Assembly: GCA_043228905.1 (NCBI GenBank)
Contig: JBHGNT010000005.1
Span: 3,968,001 to 4,032,000 of the forward strand
Origin: Azolla caroliniana
Lineage: Eukaryota > Plantae > Polypodiophyta
DNA length: 64,000 nt
Direction: 5' to 3'
Part shown: in pieces, positions 53,001 through 64,000 of the stretch
Position numbering within the stretch: position 1 is the first letter of the stretch
Layout: each line of letters starts with the position of its first letter
Program-made: the position numbers and the translations under genes
The notes under the pieces: model-generated
What the model was told of the DNA's origin: nothing
The model's input: only the letters and a program-made list of their open reading frames with translations
Database searches by the model: none

Positions 53001-56000
53001 AGTAGCCAAAGTCACAATGTGCTAATAACCAAAGCGACATGATGCAGAGCTCTTCTGTTTGCCTCATTGCCATGCACTGTATATGGCAGTGAAAATGTTC
53101 TACCATATCCAGTCTATTTGTTTAGTATTTAAAAAACTTGTAATGGATATCCAAGCTTCAAAGATAATAAAGTGGGTGTGCTGCTATGTGAATACATTGG
53201 CTGGTTTCTGTGGTGCTTCTAATATGCTCAGTATGTACATATTTCTCTTTTTTTCTTAGTTTCTTGTGATGTTGTAGCTCAGGAATTTAATGACACACTT
53301 CGAAGAGAAGGCGAAACCTTTTGCTCGTCAGCTTCTTTTGTCATTAGGTGTTGTAGAAAGGTCATCTTACCTCTTTAGGTTTCTAAACCCAGTGTCATTC
53401 ATGCTTCTTTATCTCTCATTTAGCACAATTGTTTTAGAAACCTAACATTTTCTTGTTTTTGTGCTGTGCACAGGGAGATAGAGTTCCAGGAATTTTTATG
53501 GTATAGTGGGTTCTCAGATTTGTAATTATTGTCATTTTATGTTGAGACTGGTTCATTGGATGCAGGCAGTTTTCCCAATACAAAATAACATAATTTAGGC
53601 AACTCTCGAGTGGGCTAGACTTCTGAAACATTTAATTGTTGGAACTGTGCAGGGCTAATAGCATCTTTTGGACACGGGCGCTCAATATTCCATGTCCTCA
53701 TTCATTTGTCTTTCCCAAGCAGATTGAAGAGGTATCATACTATCATGTATCTAAAAGGAAACTTAAGATGTACCTTTACATTATACCTTCCAAATTGATG
53801 CCTATGAGATATCGACAGTAATTGCATTAATTTTTTTCTGCTCAGGATCTCATGATTCTCAACTCTGATCTGGAATCTAAAACTCAAAATGAGAGAGAGC
53901 CTTCAAATTGTAACAGTCAGGGAGAGGCAACCCCAGGGGAACTTGAAACTGTGTGGGTTGAGGGGTTAGTTCCTGGTATCGACTTTTGCAACCATGGTAA
54001 CAGCTAGTCCTGAATCTGTTTTTCATAGTTCAGGATTGCTTATTCATTTTTGCAGCCACAACAAAATGTTTCTTATTTAGTATAAAAAATTTGTGCACTT
54101 GTTTTGAACCCTATGCCACAAATGAAATGGCTGCACAATAAAGCTATCCATATCACCATTCTACCAAGGCATTGTACAGTCTGAAATGAAATGAGGTTTT
54201 CCAGAACCTCGTGAAGCAGTATGGCAAGAATACTGTGTTTGCTATCCTGAGAAAGAAAACGCTTATTAAAGAACTTACAGTGGCCATTGAATATGCAGAA
54301 AAACCCTCATTAAAGAAATGATGCAAATTAATTGAACGGGGAGTGAGATTACTTGAAATGATGAAACATGCTGTCTCTGGAGATTTATGACTTAACCTGA
54401 AAAGCACTGGTAAAGGAGAACCTTTTGTTCTGCCCCCCCCGTCCCCCCAAAAAAAAAACAGAAAAGAGAAAACGACATCAAAATGATAGATTGTTGTAAC
54501 CTATGCATTAAATTTCACTAGTTGAAGTCAATTCAATGATGCCTTCCTTTTGACAGGTTTGTTAACTGTGCATGAGCGTTTCATCTTGTAAAATAGCACC
54601 TATTCTGGGCGAGCTTGTAAATTTTCTACTTATGAAAAAAAGGGTTTTAATGAGTAATCTAACACTGTTAATAATGAGATTGCAGCACCAAAAGGCCTAG
54701 CACATTGGGAAGTTGATGGTTTGAAGGGATGTGTCAGTGGAATTCCTAATTCAATGTATTTGACTACAGGTTTGTGATTTCAGCGATACTACCTTCAGGA
54801 CTAGTGAACTTTTATATCAGGTTCTTATTTCAGAAACATCACATCTATTTTTTTTAAAGATGCCTATCATTCATTATTTGCTTACTTTATGGACAGAGCT
54901 ACATCTTGCTGCAGATGATGAGATATTCATTAGCTATGGCAACAAAGGAAATGAGGTCGGCCATGTGATTTTCATTCAATATAGCTGTAAATTGTTTCAA
55001 TGAATATATCTCTATGTTTGCAGATATACATGCATACATGCATAATAATAGATATTTCGGACAATAATTTCCCTCTGGTTTGTTGTGTGGTGATGTAAAA
55101 GGTCTTGGAGGAATCTTATTGACTTTAGAATTAATTTTTCAGGAACTTCTTTTTCTCTATGGCTTTGTCCTTGAGAATAATCCAGATGACTATGTTATGG
55201 TAATCTATGTTTGCATTCTATGCATTTATCTTCTACTGCCATATCTTTAGAGAGAGCTTGTGAAATCTGCAGGTACATTTTCCTAAAGAAGCTCTTGATC
55301 AGGATCCTTGCAGTGAAGCCAAAATACAGCTGATTCATGAACAAGTAACACACACATCATTTTTATATTTCTAGCATTTGTAGGAGTTTAAATAGCTCCG
55401 ATACAGAGTTTGATGCTGTCCATATGAAAATAAGTAGGTAAAAGCTGGGTAAATAAGGTCATAACCAACAATGTTTGCTCTTGGGTGTAGGTAGTTTTTT
55501 TAGCTATTAGATTTCCTCTACCTTGGATGACAATTGTATGCCCGTATTATTGTTGTCTTCTTACATAAGCCACTTGGGATGCCAAAGACATAGTTCTTGA
55601 GTTTCCATGTATAATCCACAGCAAAGTTATGAACTCCATCACAAAAGAGGACCCATAATTGCATCGTCAGGTCACTTTAGGCCAGTCAAGCATTATTCTT
55701 GTGTTCTCCACATTCTGACAGCGCCAATGCAGAAGTGGGCTAGAGAACAAAGGAGCCAATATGTCCTTGATACCTGATTATGGGCTATCAGATCCTGTTA
55801 CATGACCTTTCATGTGGTGTTTGTGTTTGTGTGTGTAGGGATCCCTATACCAGAAGGGAGATCTTGTCCATTTCCTGGTTTGATACTTGCAACTAGCAAT
55901 GGGCATGGTTCGGTTAAGTTTCAAGGCAAAGAAACCGTACCAAACCGTTTATATAAAACAAAAACCAAACCGAACTGTTTATGAACTCTCAAGTATTTAA

Positions 56001-56616
56001 ACCAAACCATTTAAGAAAAAGTAAACCAAACGATTTAAAACCAAACCGTTTAGGGAAAAGTTGAAACCAAACTGAACCATTTAATAAAAAATTTAAACCC
56101 AACTATTTAATAAAAAATATAAACCCAACCATTTAAGTCAAACTAATTAAATATTTAAATAAGCAAAAGTACATTAAATTAAATAAAAATTGAAGTTAAA
56201 TTTATTAAATCAATAAAAGAAACTTTAATTGAACCATTAAATTAAATAAACATTTAAGTTAAATTAATTAAATCAATTAAAAACCATTAAATTAATAAAC
56301 TATTAAGGTAAAAGAAAAAGTTAACCAAAAACCTATAAACCTTTAAACCAAACCTATAAACCTATAAACCTGAGTTTGAGAATCGAACCAAACTGAAACC
56401 GAACCGTTTATCAAAAATCCAAACCAAACCAAACCATTAATTTTTTTGGAACCAATAAACCGTGAAACCATAACTTAACGGGTCGGATCGGTTCGAGCCG
56501 AAACCATGCCCATTGCTACTTGCAACCTTGTGGAGTGCCTTTGATGTTTAGACAATGGTCATGTGATTGTATTTTTGGTGTCATGTTATAACGTAATACC
56601 ATTTATGAAGAGAGAC

Positions 56617-56693
<77 letters not shown>

Positions 56694-57480
56694 TCATAGA
56701 TATTTATTGCTTGTTTTATTAAGAACTTGACATTACGATGGCTACTTCCGGGTTCTTTATTACAAAGTGGGTTTTATAGCAAGGAATCTATCTCTCAACC
56801 AAATACTTTGGAATGTGATAATCCTGCTTCTTGTACAAGCTATAGCTGGAGTGGAAATCGTAAGCCACCATCATTCTTGAAACAGTTTGTTTTTCCCGAG
56901 GATATGATTGCAGCCCTTCGTATTGTTGCGATGAAAGAAGATGAACTGCAGACTGTTGTTTCCATGTTGGAGGAGGTACTTTATTCTGATATGAATCTAA
57001 AATGCAATATATGAAGAATTCCAGTCCCAAGACGGGCATCATTCTCAAAGTAGTTGTGAATTTAATCTATTTGGGGGGTTTCTCTTCTAAGAAATACGTG
57101 ATTAGTCTATAGGAAAAATGCCATCTAGTAGTGTCTTTATTATAACTAAATTTATGGTACATGTAGTTATCACAGACTGGGATGCAAAAGACACCATCTG
57201 GTGATGATATAAGAGCTGCTGTGTGGGAGGTGTGTGGAAATGTGGATGCCTTGCAGCTTCTAACAGATCTGATCTCATCCAGGTAACATTACAAACATAT
57301 ATGCTGTCTTTCTCTGATTCAAAATTTAATGACTCCACCGCATGTGCACTTATGTATTGAAAAGATTGATGGAGCTTGAGGAAGGTACTGGTTCTGAAGA
57401 GTCCGACAAGAGGTTGCTCTCGAGGTATATACTTCCAGCCATCGTTGGAAGTGTCAAAATACTTCTATTTTTTGAGTCAT

Positions 57481-57521
<41 letters not shown>

Positions 57522-57709
57522 GCGATCACGTCCATTGGTTGTGCAGGGGTGATGATAGTCCAGACTTGATGATGACACAAAATGTGAGATCTTGTGTAAT
57601 ATATCGACTCGGGCAAAAGTCACTTACAAAGAAGTTCCTCAAAGAAGCAGAACATTTACTTGAACTGAGTATATTAGAAGAGCAGGCTGGAACCAAGAAA
57701 AGCAGCTGA
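50086..57709 (+). CDS. SET-domain protein, Rubisco LSMT/SETD3-like class (At1g01920-like), 16 coding exons
   Basis: Exons 50086-50136, 51188-51281, 51638-51815, 51902-52007, 53278-53360, 53474-53500, 53653-53731, 53846-53996, 54686-54769, 54897-54955, 55143-55199, 55273-55344, 56724-56975, 57167-57282, 57365-57424, 57547-57709. Motifs: KLQRFILWLQ, PLTLAITPMSVLQ, GEVDDRLLVILFL, FLWANSIFWTRALNIP, EGLVPGIDFCNH, EIFISYGNKGNEELLFLYGF. Confidence 0.93.
52368..52403. repeat. 9-bp minisatellite (TAGGGCTAC), about 4 copies, in a SET-gene intron
   Basis: ttagggctactagggctactagggctactagggcta. Confidence 0.9.
55894..56518. mobile_element. Non-autonomous hAT-type MITE, 625 bp, in a SET-gene intron
   Basis: Perfect 8-bp TSD CTTGCAAC at 55886-55893 and 56519-56526. 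TIRs TAGCAATGGGCATGGTT / AACCATGCCCATTGCTA. Subterminal AAACCG/AAACCA repeats and an AT-rich core. Confidence 0.95.
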
Positions 57710-59018
57710 GTTTGAAAACAAAAGATGTATATTTATATATACCTTGCAAGATTAGAGAGACATAGTTTACAGTTATTTACAATACTCCCCTATTATTTCA
57801 GCCTTAATACGTGGTGAAAGCGAGCAGATGCTCAGCTATTTATTTATTGCTTGTATTTGCAAGCATTTTCCTGGCAATTACTACTTTATTTCTTACACTC
57901 ACACATAATTGGGCGTGATAAATGGCTAGAACGTGAAGGTTTGGCTACATGCTTTTCAGTTATTTTATAGCTAGCTCCTAGGTAGGTCAAATGCTATTCT
58001 TTATATTCTGAACTCATGATTTACGGGTTTTTTTTTCTTTGAATTTGTTGTTTCTTCCATGAAGACACCCTACTTAGCTTGTGATGCTCAATATCAATGA
58101 GGGCATTTTAGGTTGACTTTATAGTGATTCGAACTGTCAACAGGTTCTTTTCTGTGCATATATATTTGGGCATCTAAGCCTCTCCAGAGTTATATCTTAC
58201 ATTTCTCTATGTTTGTTGCCAGTGTAAGGTAGTATTTGTCAGTGTTGGCATGCAAGTGAATGAAGGGCTGGGAATTAAAAACCCTTTACATCTCATGGAT
58301 GGTTTATCCTGAGGTAGTACATGCATGTTATCATAAGTGACTCCAGTGGAAGCGCTTGCAATCTTGAAAGGATTCATGTCTTGTGTTGCTAAGAGCTCAA
58401 TGATACAAGATGAATCATATTGGTTTAAACCATAAGTCATAATTGTCAATCTGATCCATGATGATGATCATAAAATTGCGATAATGTATGGCTGAGCATG
58501 TTTTTTGTGGCGTAAGGCTAGCAAGATGCATATTTGCACTACGATCTTGCATATAATAGGAGATTATTATCATCTCCTTCTAAATATTGGAATGATGTCT
58601 GGAATACATTAAATAATTATCAACAACTTTTAGACTCTAGTTGTTGTGTTGTGATGTTTGATAGATTAGTGTGTACAAAGTTGGATTGATCAAAAGATAT
58701 TTGAAAACTCTTGTTTTTCGCCATTGAAAGGCATTGGCCTGACTGTGAGAACCATTGAATGGCACTGTTCCTTTCATTTAGTTTTCAAATTTCATCGTCA
58801 TGCATGGTATTTAATTTGTTATCTTTCAAAGTGTTAACAACTTTGGTGGTTGCTAGGTTTACATGGTAAAATTTGCATGTAACAATATTTCAAGCATAGG
58901 TGATATGTTTGAGTTCACCATATTTGATGACAAAACCATAATGGTCAAATGCCCTCTTGATAAAGAAATGAAACCACCCCATCCATTATCTCATTCAATG
59001 CTAAGGCTTTGTATCCAT

Positions 59019-59058
<40 letters not shown>

Positions 59059-59059
59059 T

Positions 59060-59219
59060 GGTAAGGTTGCCCAATAGAGACAAGGAGGTCATGGGTTCAA
59101 CCCTACATTCAACAATGGCATCCAGTGAGTTAAGAGATATGTATGAAGTATATAATAGAGAGGTGAGAAAAATTGGGTTTTGAACCCAAGACATAGTGCT
59201 TGTGGTGTAACAACTTACC
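59060..59219. mobile_element. Small degenerate foldback element with B-box-like (GGTTCAA.CC) inverted ends
   Basis: 59060-59103 ggtaaggttg...caag...gtcatgggttcaaccc versus the reverse complement of 59175-59219 ggtaagttg...caag...gtcttgggttcaaaaccc; it abuts a (GA)n tract. Confidence 0.5.
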
Positions 59220-59269
59220 GAGAGAGATTTTTCGGCAATTAGGGTATCCATTGGGAATGAATGTTACGA

Positions 59270-60400
59270 ATGGTTAATTGATTGGATGGATGTCTAATAA
59301 CTTAAGGGATAAGTTCATGTATTGGAAGTCATACTCTTTGGCCATTTCATGTACGCATGAAGGTTGACAATGTATTATGGAACACATGATATTATATTAC
59401 TTGCCATGGGCAAAGAAGGTTTCACATGCTATTTTGTAACCTCTTCAATATTTGTTGTGGAGGAAGAGGGATATGATGAGAATCACATGGGTTGCATGGA
59501 ATCATCTAGCAACCCCTAAACGCTTGGGGGAGTTGAAATATTTGTTGGTCTTATCTATCAATATGATGGTTCATAGGTTTTCATTATTGCAAGACGTGTT
59601 TAGACTCACAAGTTACAACTGTAGATATCTATTGTTCAATATTTCATTGAGAACAAGGGTTTAACACATGGGGGAACAACAATTAAGGCTTCACAATGGC
59701 AATTAATGAATGGATGTATTTCGCTTAGGATTCCTTGCTCTTCATGTGTTCAACACTTGGTTGTCTCGTGGCAAGAAGCTTTTTCGTTATTTATATAGAA
59801 ACCATCATCTAGTAGAGAACATTGTAATTATTTGCAAAAAGAGTTATGTGTGTATTATTAGTTATTATGTTGGCATAGAAAGGAGAGATTACACTTTCAA
59901 TTAAATGCTTGTTTCGTTTGGGGGTCAAAAAGGTGGGAGATATAGTTGAGGCTCCATCTAAAAGAATTTTGGAGTTTGTTAAAGCATGGATTGATTGGTA
60001 TTTACAAGGTCAAACACTATTTTTTAGGAGTGAGTACTAATATCTTGTATCATTGATTCATTGGCTCTTGTCGATGGCCATCATCTAATGCTAACACAAG
60101 AATGGAAAATACATCCCTCTAATCATGGATGGTGGCTGATCTTAAAACGTAGTTGACATTCTAAATTGCTACTTGTAGCGAAGGCAGTCATTTGGCGAGT
60201 TTTGATTGGGGGTTTGCCAGTGGGATTAGTTCTAAAGCAACGTGGACTAGCAGTGGGGCAATTACTTCTTTTGCATCGTTCAAGTGGAAGATAGTACATC
60301 ATCATTTCATACAATGTCCGATTGCTTGTCAGATTAGGAGTTACATTTCCTCAAATTTGGCAAGTTTTGTCGTGAAGTTATTCGACCTTAAGATAGTGGG
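59270..60400 (+). mobile_element. Degenerate LINE (L1-type) ORF2 fragments
   Basis: LWRKR....ITWVAWNHLATPKRLGEL corresponds to the post-RT W..(I/V)C.PK..GGLG motif; HHFIQCPIACQI resembles the zf-RVT H.F..C motif. Many stops and frameshifts. Confidence 0.75.
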
Positions 60401-60756
60401 TATGTGCACAATTCGCACAAACGTGATCCCAAAATCCGAGATGGAGATCGTTTTTCTATTTCCGAGGGATTAGGGATCGGGTAACAATTGGGATATGGGC
60501 AATGCCTGTGGAATTGTTGATGGCAGGCATAAGAGTCAAAAAAGGCATGTATACGAAAGTTGAAAGGAGTACTAATGTGGCAAATGTCCGCATAGTTATT
60601 CCCAAAGGCCATGGCCATGGCCAAGGCCAAGGGGATGAATGAATGAATGAATGAAGAAGGTTTTTTATGGGTCCAGTAAAATCTTGCCTTTGCGTACTAA
60701 TGGAGAAAGAAAAGAGAAGAGAAGAGAAAGGAGTACATACATACATATAAATGCCA

Positions 60757-60792
<36 letters not shown>

Positions 60793-60884
60793 GTGGGAGA
60801 GACAGGAACACACCTCAGAGAGGACCTTCCGCAGGAGAGAAGGATATTGCGAATTGTGAAACACAGAGGATTCTTTCTATTTGC

Positions 60885-60923
60885 AGAGACCAGAGACCAG
60901 AGACCAGAGACCAGAGACCAGAG
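60885..60923 (+). repeat. 7-bp minisatellite (GAGACCA), about 5 copies, in the leader of the WBP2-like gene
   Basis: agagaccagagaccagagaccagagaccagagaccagag directly upstream of ATG 60955. Confidence 0.9.
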
Positions 60924-60954
60924 AACAGAGACAGAAACAGAGGGTGTGGTCTCC

Positions 60955-63341
60955 ATGGCTGTCAATCCACCTCTTCTCTCTTCCATCGGTGGTATGCCTG
61001 TCCCTTTCGAAGCGGAGATGTTCCTTCTCACTCGCCAGAGTGTCGAATTCGAAGTTGACAAGATTCCGGAGTAAGTCATCTTCACATTTCCTTCAATTCC
61101 CCATTGATTGACCTATATGGTTTTAATGGGCTCATCGGCCCGTGGTTTTGATGGGTTTGTCTATTTCTGTGCTCTTTGAATGAATCAGTCTCTGTGATTT
61201 TGAATGGATTCATCTATGCGTGCACCTACAAATAGATTAATCTCTGTGATCTGTGCCGGATTTCTGTACGTGATTTTTAATGGGTTTCTCTACATGTGCT
61301 TTTTGAGTGGATTTATTTATGTGGTTTTAGGTGTATTTATTTCTGTGCTTTTTCAAGGGAATTGTGTATGTGATTTGTTAATTTAATTTTCTGCATTTTT
61401 TCCATGGAAGTGCCTCTGTGCTTGGAAGACATGTTCTATGTGCTATTGAAGGGATTGTTCTACATGGTTTCGGCGGGAATGACCTTTATGTTTTTTGATG
61501 GATTGTGAATTGTTTTAAATAGTGTTAATTAAATACTTGCTTTTTTTCCATGAAAGTACCTCTGTGCTTGGAGACATTGTTCTATGTGTTATTGAAGGGA
61601 TTGTTCTACGTGGTTTTGATGGGAATGACCTTTATGTTTTTTAATGGATTGTGTCTTGTTTTGAATAGTGTGTTTAAATTCATTTAACCATTTCTGCTTC
61701 CAATTATGCGTTTTTGTATATGATGCTTAAATGGATTGGGTATTTTCAATCTTGTCTTTGGTAGGTGCCCAAGAGGGAACATTTCTGCAAAAGGATCGAT
61801 TTATCTGTCTAATGTTCGTCTTGTTTTTGTTGCTGATAAGCCTGTGGGAAGTTTCTATGCGTTTGATATGCCACTTGTATGTTTTCTCTTCCTTTCCGCT
61901 TTTTCCAGTTTTTATATCAATTCTTTCTAGTTTCTTTCTCTCATTTCAGCTCATTTATTATTTACCTACATTAGAAATGTTTTTTCCAACGCAGTTATAT
62001 GTCCATGAAGAGAAGTTCAACCAGCCAATCTTCTTTGCAAACAACATTACAGGGAGAGTCCACCCGGTATGATCACTATGATATTAGATTGATTACATCT
62101 CTTTGTGGTGATTGAATGAAAAATTCTATCTTTTCTAAGACAATCAATATTTCTATGTGGTGAGTGAAGGAAAAGTTCTATCCATTCTAAGAGGCTTATA
62201 TATGTATATATATGTGTGTGTGTGTGTGTGTCGTGATTGAATAGAAAAATTCTGCCCGTTATAGAGGCTTACATATTATTTGTGTATATGTATGTGCATG
62301 GTATTTCAGGTTATACCAGAAGGAGCACATAGGGCTATCTACTCTCCGCATTCATTCAAGATAATATTCAAAGAGGGAGGTTGTGGGACATTCGTGCCAT
62401 TGTTTTTCAATCTTGTGAAGGTTATTCGACAGTATCAAGCGCAGTATAATCCACCCCCTCCATTTGAACCGAGTGCTCAACAAACCAGCCCCTATGTGTA
62501 TAGTGATCCCATACCAGCAGCACCACCAGCTACGGATGAGATTATCCGGCAAGCGTATGTTTTGTGACCTTTCTTATCCTTTTCCTTTTTTCTTTGTATT
62601 CTCCTTTGTTTTTGTATAGCTAGCTCTCTTGCTGTTTTATGAGCTCTGAGTTTGAACATGCTTCGGTATCAAGTGATAAACCTTTAAGAAAACACAAATA
62701 CGTTTTGAAAATTCTTGTGTAAAGTGTGAAATTTGGAAATGTTTTTGTTGAAGGAATTTAATTTTATATGAATAAACAATTGCACGCTCCAAAATACTTT
62801 CGTTTAAAGAATGGAATTTTGAAAATGCATTTGTTTAAAGAATGAAATACTAAGGTAAAGGAAAGTGTTTTATATTACTTTCAACTTCGTCTATGTATAA
62901 TTAAATGGAATACACATTTTTACTAGATGTGTTTTAGGTTAAAAATTTTGTTTAGAAGGAATTGCCTGCTCTTTGAAACTCTTAAATACTGTTAACAATA
63001 GGAAATGGAGTGCATGTTTTTACTAGATTTTTTGCCTTTTGTTTTCTAAATGGAAATTAAATTACTTTTTTGTAAAGAAATATTAGAATTTATTGTCTAC
63101 ATGAACTTGCTTGATAATACGTTCTTTTACTACAGAATCTTGTTTCAATCTCTGAATATTATATATGGATTGGGATTCATGAGTGCATCACATTGTAATA
63201 TCTTATTTATTGTGTTGTTCCTACAGATATGTGGACCCAAATGATCCAACCAAAATCTACTTACAACAGCCATATGAGTCTCAACCACAGCTTCGAAGGA
63301 GGACATACACGGCTATTCCTTCTGAAGATGGGCAGATATAG
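60955..63341 (+). CDS. PH-GRAM domain WBP2/UPF0664-like protein (At5g11680-like)
   Basis: Exons 60955-61070, 61765-61876, 61995-62066, 62310-62554, 63227-63341. Product: MAVNPPL..GMPVPFEAEMFLLTRQSVEFEVDKIPE..AKGSIYLSNVRLVFVA..FYAFDMPLLYVHEEKFNQPIFFANNITG.V.PV..HSFKIIFKEGGCGTFVPLFFNL..AYVDPNDPTKIYLQQP..QLRRRTY. Confidence 0.93.
61115..61680. repeat. Intron 1 of the WBP2-like gene: degenerate array of about 24-bp units plus a higher-order duplication of about 145 bp
   Basis: A recurrent unit like tttctgtgctttttgaatggatt; the block ttttccatg.aagt.cctctgtgcttgga...gggaatgacctttatgtttttt.atggattgtg...aatagtgt repeats at about 61397 and 61541. Confidence 0.8.
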
Positions 63342-64000
63342 ACAAGACAAAAAGCAATCTGTATTGAAGGATGGGTAAAGCTACAAAGATTTGGAGCAAT
63401 TAATAATAATAAATCTTCTTGATTATTTTGCAATAGAGCTTTGTGACCTCACCCCATCTTCACTATGGACATCCATGCACAGCATTAGAATCCTTTTTTA
63501 TAAAATCAAAAGTGTTCGAAGCTTTGTTAATATTTCTGTGTTGTACAGTTTATGTAGTTCTAAATGTTCTTAAAGACAACAAAATCATGGTGGCTTCTCC
63601 CCCTACTTGTGTTGTGAATGTTTACATTGTACATTGTATGTCTACAGCAAATTTCCAAGAGATATTTCACATAATTTTGTATGAGCACCTATTGCTGATG
63701 ATCATCATATGCGGTCTTCAGAGGAAACACTGTTTGTATTTTATGGTTTCATTGACTTGTTGTTTTGTATCCTAATTTGTGCCACTAACTAATGTCATCA
63801 TCATTAAGTTATCTTCCTCTCATATGAATGATATCTTCTTTGGAAGCTGATTTGTGTTATTACCATTAGGCTATTATACATATATTATTAGCTTTCATTA
63901 TGTAGAGTTCCACTTGGTCATGGCGATGATGATAAACTATGAAAGTATCTTACAACTTTAGGTGATTAGGTTTGCTACTTTAGGAGCATAAAATAAACAA

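Noticed and set aside
58457-58500. C/D box snoRNA (ATGATGA ... CTGA flanked by catg)
   Set aside because: Only about 45 nt, too short, with no recognisable guide sequence.
59060-59110. tRNA gene
   Set aside because: Only a B-box-like motif is present; no acceptor stem or cloverleaf could be formed.
60456-61085. 209-aa antisense ORF over the WBP2-like 5' end
   Set aside because: Composed of GA and GAGACCA repeat translations plus the antisense of a real exon.

Overview
Eukaryotic, intron-rich land-plant nuclear DNA: AT-rich, very rich in microsatellites, with GT-AG spliceosomal introns. The protein divergence and style suggest a non-seed plant such as a fern, but that is inference only. By splicing exons by hand I can reconstruct eight protein-coding genes: (1) a coiled-coil protein of the At5g08440/At5g23490 type (minus strand, runs off the left edge); (2) an ICME-like alpha/beta-hydrolase with non-canonical HGG/GHSSG motifs; (3) a single-pass RLCK-V-type receptor-like kinase; (4) a BAR+SH3 protein of the SH3P family; (5) a TRM/LONGIFOLIA protein; (6) histone H3.3; (7) a Rubisco-LSMT-type SET-domain protein; (8) a PH-GRAM WBP2/UPF0664-like protein. 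Between and inside the genes are decayed Copia, Gypsy and LINE fragments, a 5'-truncated LINE with its target-site duplication (TSD), an LTR with its polypurine tract, and a young 625-bp hAT-type MITE with a perfect 8-bp TSD plus a probable older relative. No rRNA, tRNA or CRISPR array is visible. I cannot claim a clear new biological system. The best leads are the atypical GC-rich esterase stranded in a transposon graveyard, a possible Dpy-30/RIIa-like docking motif in gene 1, and introns repeatedly built from degenerate 24-36-bp tandem arrays. Arabidopsis gene identifiers and motifs are recalled from memory, not from a search.
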